NCBI GenBank assembly: GCA_964435065.1
Contig: CAYSXS010000003.1
Location: forward strand, 767-64,766
Length of the DNA: 64,000 bases
Reading direction: 5' to 3'
Source: an uncultured Gammaproteobacteria bacterium
GTDB lineage: Bacteria > Patescibacteriota > Patescibacteriia > UBA2196
Position numbers and translations under genes: made by a program. Shown here one piece after another: positions 59,795 through 64,000 of the stretch (within the stretch, counting starts at the first letter, position 1; each line of letters opens with the position of its first letter). Below the pieces are notes generated by a model. It made no database searches. It worked only from the letters and a program-made list of their open reading frames with translations, and was not told the origin of the DNA.

Positions 59795-60331
59795 TTAGCT
59801 TTTCTTTTCTTCTTTAATATCTTCTATTTTCTTTTCAACTTTTTTCTTTTCTTTTAATACAGGCAAACTCTTTAATGCATTATATGTAGAAACTACATAA
59901 TTAATTTTGTTTGCACTTTTACCAATCATTTTACCTACAATATTTTCAATACCTGCTAAATCTAAAACAATTCTAACTGGGCCACCAGCTTTAACACCAG
60001 TACCAACTGGTGCTGGTTTTAACATAATTTTAGCAGATTTAAACTTTGTTCTAATTTCAAAAGGTATTGTTCCAAATTTAGTTAAAGAAACATTGATTAA
60101 CCTCTTTTTAGCTTTTTCAACAGCTTTAGTTACAGCAATTGTTACATCCTTACCTTTACCTACACCATAACTAACTCTTCCTTTTTTATCACCAATAACA
60201 ACAAGAGCGCGAAAACTTAATTGTTTTCCACCTTTTGTAACTCTTGTTACACGTGCTAAGTCAACCATCTTTTGTTCAAATTCTGGTTTTTCACGTTGTT
60301 TTTCGGGTCTTCTATTGTTTCTTCTTTGCAT
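59795..60331 (-). CDS. rpsE: 30S ribosomal protein S5 (extended termini)
   Basis: VTRVTKGGKQLSFRALVVIGDKKGRVSYGVGKGKDV. Confidence 0.85.
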   Translation of the reverse strand: MQRRNNRRPEKQREKPEFEQKMVDLARVTRVTKGGKQLSFRALVVIGDKKGRVSYGVGKGKDVTIAVTKAVEKAKKRLINVSLTKFGTIPFEIRTKFKSAKIMLKPAPVGTGVKAGGPVRIVLDLAGIENIVGKMIGKSANKINYVVSTYNALKSLPVLKEKKKVEKKIEDIKEEKKS

Positions 60332-60343
60332 ATTGTTATATTA

Positions 60344-60700
60344 TTAAAATTTTAAACCACCTTCTCTAGCTCCTTCAGCTACAGATTTAACTCTACCATG
60401 ATACTTATATCCACTTCTATCAAAGACACATTCTTTAATCTTTTTTTCTACAGCTTTTTCAGCTATACTCTTACCTACTTCAAAAGCTATTTCTGTCTTG
60501 TTTTTCTTATCTAATTTCAATTCCTTTTGATAAGTACTTACTAAAGTTTTACCAATTGTATCATCAATTAATTGAAGATTAATATTCTTTAAACTTCTAA
60601 AAACTGTTAGTCTTGGTCTTTTTGCTGTACCAGAAAACTTAGCTCTTGCTCTAGCTTTTCTTCTTTGTTGTTTTTTAATTTTAGCTATTTGTTTATTCAT
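60344..60700 (-). CDS. rplR: 50S ribosomal protein L18
   Basis: [20 protein letters not shown]. Confidence 0.8.
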   Translation of the reverse strand: MNKQIAKIKKQQRRKARARAKFSGTAKRPRLTVFRSLKNINLQLIDDTIGKTLVSTYQKELKLDKKNKTEIAFEVGKSIAEKAVEKKIKECVFDRSGYKYHGRVKSVAEGAREGGLKF

Positions 60701-60707
60701 ATGTTTT

Positions 60708-61271
60708 TTAAGCAGCACTCTTAGCTTGTTTCCCAGCTTTTCTAATAATAACCTCATCCATATATTTAATACCTTTACCTTTATATGGTTCTGGTTTTTT
60801 AATTTTACGTATCTGAGCTGAAATTTCACCAACTCTTTGTTTATCATTTCCAGTTACAGTAATAACATTCTTTTCAATAGTAATATCAATATCTTCTGGA
60901 ACATCAAATATAACAGGATGAGAATAACCAACATTTAACGTTAACTTCTTACCACTTATTTCAGTACGATAACCAACACCATTAATTTCAAGTTGTTTTT
61001 GGTAACCTTCTGTTACTCCAATAATCATATTTTCAATCAATTGTCTTGTTGTTCCCCACAAAGATCTTTCCAACTTGTTACTCTCATTCTTTACAGAAAC
61101 ATCTACAACACCATCTTTTATAGTAACAGTAACCAAAGGATGAATATCTTGTTTTAATTCACCTTTAGGTCCTTTAACAGTAACTAAATTATTGTCGATT
61201 TTAACTTCGACTTTATCTGCAATCTGAATTGGCTTTTTTCCTACTCTAGACATATATTTAATATATTTCAC
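60708..61271 (-). CDS. rplF: 50S ribosomal protein L6
   Basis: [11 protein letters not shown]... Confidence 0.85.
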   Translation of the reverse strand: MKYIKYMSRVGKKPIQIADKVEVKIDNNLVTVKGPKGELKQDIHPLVTVTIKDGVVDVSVKNESNKLERSLWGTTRQLIENMIIGVTEGYQKQLEINGVGYRTEISGKKLTLNVGYSHPVIFDVPEDIDITIEKNVITVTGNDKQRVGEISAQIRKIKKPEPYKGKGIKYMDEVIIRKAGKQAKSAA

Positions 61272-61689
61272 AAATTACTTCTCCACCAACATTTTCTTTC
61301 TTGGCTTGTTTGTTTGTCATCAAGCCTTTTGGTGTAGAAATTACTGCAATCCCCCAACCATTCAAAACACTTGGTAAATCATCTTTAGTAACATAGATAC
61401 GTCTACCTGGTTTAGAAATTCTTTTTAAACTCTTAATTTTTGGTTGATTATTTGTGTATATGATATTTAATTTAATTCTATCAAAACGTAAATTCTTTTC
61501 TTCGCTGATTTTCTTACTTTTAGTTGGTATTCCTTTTACAACTTCTACATTAGAAATCCAGCCTTCATTTTCTAAAAGCTTTAAAATATTTAATTTTAAT
61601 TTTGAATATGGTAAAAACACCTCAGGTTTTTTAATCATCTGAGCATTTCTTATTCTTGTTAACATGTCTGCTATTGGGTCTGTAAACAT
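61258..61689 (-). CDS. rpsH: 30S ribosomal protein S8
   Basis: MFTDPIADMLTRIRNA. Confidence 0.85.
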   Translation of the reverse strand: MFTDPIADMLTRIRNAQMIKKPEVFLPYSKLKLNILKLLENEGWISNVEVVKGIPTKSKKISEEKNLRFDRIKLNIIYTNNQPKIKSLKRISKPGRRIYVTKDDLPSVLNGWGIAVISTPKGLMTNKQAKKENVGGEVICEIY

Positions 61690-61705
61690 AATATTTTAAA
61701 GTTAT

Positions 61706-61891
61706 TTACCAGCTACTTTTCTTTACTCCTGGTAATTCATTTCTATTTGCTAATTCACGAAAACAAATTCTACACATATCAAAATCACGCATGTATGCAT
61801 GTCTTCTACCACAACGCCAACATCTTCGTACAATTCTTGTAGAAAATTTTGGTTTTTTGTTAGATTTTGCTATTTGTGCTTTTGTAGCCAT
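61706..61891 (-). CDS. rpsZ: 30S ribosomal protein S14 type Z (zinc-binding, 61 aa)
   Basis: [20 protein letters not shown]. Confidence 0.85.
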   Translation of the reverse strand: MATKAQIAKSNKKPKFSTRIVRRCWRCGRRHAYMRDFDMCRICFRELANRNELPGVKKSSW

Positions 61892-61900
61892 AAATTTAAT

Positions 61901-62443
61901 TTATTTTTTCTTAAAAGGAAAACCTATTAATTTTAACAGTTCTGTTCCTTCTTCTTTATTCTTAGTACTTGTAGTAATTACTATTTCTAAACCGTGAACC
62001 TTTTCAACCTCATCTGGATTAATTTCAGCAAATGCTAGATTTTCTTTAAACCCTATTGTTAAATTACCACTTCTATCTATTGATTTTAAAGATAATCCTC
62101 TAAAGTCCCTAACACGCGGTAAAGTAATATTAATCAATTTCTCAACAAAATCATTCATTCTTTGTTTGCGTAAAGTAACTTTTGCACCAACAACATTACC
62201 TTCTCTAATTTTAAAAGAAGATACTGACAATTTGGCTTTAGTAAATACAGGTTTTTGGCCAGTAATTCTAGTTAAAGTATTTTCTACTAATTCTAAAAAC
62301 TTATCATCTCTTTTATTAGCTGAAATACCAACATTTAAAGTTACCTTTTCTATTTTAGGAACAGCTAGACCATTCTTGTATCCAAACTTTTCCTGCATAG
62401 CAGGTATAACCTCTTTCTTAATTTTTTCTTTAAAATTATTCAT
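61901..62443 (-). CDS. rplE: 50S ribosomal protein L5
   Basis: Position in the operon and N-terminal ...LAVPKIEKVTLNVGI. Confidence 0.85.
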   Translation of the reverse strand: MNNFKEKIKKEVIPAMQEKFGYKNGLAVPKIEKVTLNVGISANKRDDKFLELVENTLTRITGQKPVFTKAKLSVSSFKIREGNVVGAKVTLRKQRMNDFVEKLINITLPRVRDFRGLSLKSIDRSGNLTIGFKENLAFAEINPDEVEKVHGLEIVITTSTKNKEEGTELLKLIGFPFKKK

Positions 62444-62445
62444 AT

Positions 62446-62802
62446 TTAAAATATATTCTTACATTTTTTACAAATTCTGGTTTTCTTTTCTTTAGAAACC
62501 TCACTCTTACCTTCTCTAATTTGATATCCAACTCTAGTTGGTTTACCACATTTTGGACATACAATTTGAACATTTGAAACATCCATAGGTGCTGGGAACA
62601 TAATACGTTGTCCAGATTCACCACCCTTTTTAGGTCTCAAGTGCTTAAATCGTAAATTCAAACCTTCAACAACAACCATTTGACTTTGTTTTCTTCTTGT
62701 TTTAGCTGAGCTTGCAGGAGTTATCAATTGTAAAACCTTACCAGTTTTACCACTGTCTTTTCCTTTCAAAATCTTTACGTTGTCGTGTTTTTTAATTTTC
62801 AT
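62446..62802 (-). CDS. rplX: 50S ribosomal protein L24 with a C-terminal C4 zinc-ribbon extension
   Basis: KOW motif VKILKGKDSGKTGKV; C-terminal CPKCGKPT...CKKC. Confidence 0.8.
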   Translation of the reverse strand: MKIKKHDNVKILKGKDSGKTGKVLQLITPASSAKTRRKQSQMVVVEGLNLRFKHLRPKKGGESGQRIMFPAPMDVSNVQIVCPKCGKPTRVGYQIREGKSEVSKEKKTRICKKCKNIF

Positions 62803-62806
62803 AAGA

Positions 62807-63178
62807 TTACAATACTTCTGGTGCTAATGATACAATTTTATTAAAACCTCTAGCTCTTAATTCTCTTGCAACTGGTCCAAAGATACGTGTTGCTTTTGGC
62901 TCTTTTGATTTAGTATCTACAATTACTCCTGCATTTTCATCAAATCTAACATAGATACCACTTGCACGACGAACTTCTTTTTTAGTTCTAACAATAACAA
63001 CCTTAACAATCTCACCTTTTTTAACATTACAATGAGGTTGGGCTTCACGAACAGTACATGTAACAATATCACCAACTGATGCAAATCTTCTTCTGTATCC
63101 ACCAAGTACCTTAATCACACGTAGCTTTTTAGCTCCGGAATTATCAGCGACTTTCATTTGTGACATTAATTGCAACAT
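62807..63178 (-). CDS. rplN: 50S ribosomal protein L14
   Basis: [24 protein letters not shown]. Confidence 0.9.
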   Translation of the reverse strand: MLQLMSQMKVADNSGAKKLRVIKVLGGYRRRFASVGDIVTCTVREAQPHCNVKKGEIVKVVIVRTKKEVRRASGIYVRFDENAGVIVDTKSKEPKATRIFGPVARELRARGFNKIVSLAPEVL

Positions 63179-63181
63179 ATA

Positions 63182-63451
63182 TTAGTAAATTACCTTCCAC
63201 ATTTTATCTTTAGAAATTGGTCTACATTCAATAAATCTAACTGAATCATTTATTTTAAACTGATTCTTTTCATCATGAACCTTATATTTTCTAGAAACTG
63301 TATATCTTTTTAAATATCTTTTATGCAGTTTTGTTCTATCAACCTTAACAACAATGGTTTTATCCATCTTATCTGAAACAACAATACCAGTAAAAGTTCT
63401 TTCAATCTTTTTCTTAGTATCTTTATTTTGATTATCTTTTTTATCTGTCAT
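63182..63451 (-). CDS. rpsQ: 30S ribosomal protein S17
   Basis: FTGIVVSDKMDKTIVVKV. Confidence 0.85.
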   Translation of the reverse strand: MTDKKDNQNKDTKKKIERTFTGIVVSDKMDKTIVVKVDRTKLHKRYLKRYTVSRKYKVHDEKNQFKINDSVRFIECRPISKDKMWKVIY

Positions 63452-63456
63452 AAAAA

Positions 63457-63657
63457 TTATTTATCTTCGTTATTTTTCTTTGAATTAAGAACTGTAAGAA
63501 CTTGAGCAATTGACTTTCTTGTCTCTCTAACATCTCTAACTTTCTTAAGTTGCTTTTGTGATACTTTAAAATTTAAATCACGCAACTTATCTCGTAAGTC
63601 TTTCAACATTGTTTGTAATGCTTCTTTTGATTTATTTTGTAGTTCTTTAATCTTCAT
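63457..63657 (-). CDS. rpmC: 50S ribosomal protein L29
   Basis: Short helical protein; correct operon position. Confidence 0.8.
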   Translation of the reverse strand: MKIKELQNKSKEALQTMLKDLRDKLRDLNFKVSQKQLKKVRDVRETRKSIAQVLTVLNSKKNNEDK

Positions 63658-63658
63658 A

Positions 63659-64000
63659 TTATTTACTTACTACCTTTGATTTAACTGGTAATTTATATCC
63701 AGCTAAACTTAAACCTTTTCTTGCTTCACTTTCTGGAATACCACCTACTTCTAATACTACTGTACCTGGTTTGATGTTTATAACATAATGGTCAAGAGCA
63801 CCTTTACCTTTACCCATCTTTTGTTCACTACCATGCATAGTAATTGGTTTATCTGGAAAAATTCTAATCCACATTTTACCTGATTTTCTAGTATATCTTA
63901 CAACTACTCTACGAGCAGCCTCAAGCTGACGTGATGTAATTCTACTTTCTGTAGTTGCTTTTAAACCATATTCACCAAAACTGACTTTGTTTGTACGCGA
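63659..64000 (-). CDS. rplP: 50S ribosomal protein L16, 5'-truncated by the window edge
   Basis: WIRIFPDKPIT...MGKGKG; the frame continues past 64000 as ...SFGEYGLKA...TSRQLEAARR. Confidence 0.8.
   Translation of the reverse strand, partial: SRTNKVSFGEYGLKATTESRITSRQLEAARRVVVRYTRKSGKMWIRIFPDKPITMHGSEQKMGKGKGALDHYVINIKPGTVVLEVGGIPESEARKGLSLAGYKLPVKSKVVSK

Noticed and set aside
60344-60847. 167-aa version of L18 overlapping rplF by about 140 nt.
   Set aside because: The internal ATG at 60700 gives a canonical 118-aa L18 that abuts the rplF stop (60708) without overlap.
1199-62495. Numerous 60-170 aa ORFs in the track on the strand opposite to the long genes (e.g. 1199..1573+, 5482..5709+, 10747..11019+, 23838..24347+, 30006..30446+, 50753..51223+, 59287..59766+, 62166..62495+).
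   Set aside because: All lie entirely inside well-supported longer genes on the other strand, lack RBSs and show low-complexity translations typical of antisense frames in AT-rich DNA.
1-64000. Search for CRISPR arrays, rRNA/tRNA genes, transposases/integrases flanking the GC islands.
   Set aside because: No direct-repeat/spacer periodicity, no tRNA cloverleaf candidates in the short intergenic regions, and no recombinase-like ORFs were seen. The islands are bounded only by terminators and promoters.

Overview
This is an AT-rich (~28% GC) bacterial window that is almost entirely coding, mostly on the minus strand. It looks like a Candidate Phyla Radiation (CPR)-type streamlined genome. The 3' end carries the ribosomal S10/spc region (rplP to rplO, then secY, adk, map). 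That operon has no L30 gene, a 61-aa zinc-type S14 and an L24 with a C-terminal zinc ribbon, and several ribosomal proteins carry K/E-rich tails. Elsewhere the window holds many aminoacyl-tRNA synthetases (metG, glyQS, ileS type 2, aspS, asnS), rsmI, tgt, recO, scpA/scpB and tatD. It also holds a partial rmuC at the 5' edge, a P-type ATPase, an MscS channel, and a membrane-anchored ClpB/ClpC-like AAA+ protein that carries an N-terminal zinc ribbon. The accessory content is as follows:
- Two HepT/MntA toxin-antitoxin pairs, one of them inserted between adk and secY.
- An AbiEi/AbiEii module flanked by a 42-bp perfect palindrome, embedded in a surface-polysaccharide locus (GT4 glycosyltransferase, radical SAM, O-antigen ligase-like, Wzz-like).
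- An ECF sigma factor followed by a membrane protein and a DUF5667-like protein with dockerin repeats.
- A 1766-aa giant coiled-coil/transmembrane protein.
- Three compositional islands of about 38-45% GC at roughly 32.6-34.2 kb, 42.7-45.5 kb and 48.3-50.1 kb. They encode secreted proteins or lipoproteins with Bacteroidota/FCB-style signals, including a protein with a T9SS-type C-terminal sorting domain, which suggests horizontal acquisition.
- A 28-codon chimeric mini-ORF between aspS and asnS that fuses the aspS 5' end to the asnS 3' end and looks like a recombination scar.
No rRNA, tRNA or CRISPR arrays were found. Terminator hairpins, sigma70-like promoters and one unannotated 51-aa ORF are noted.
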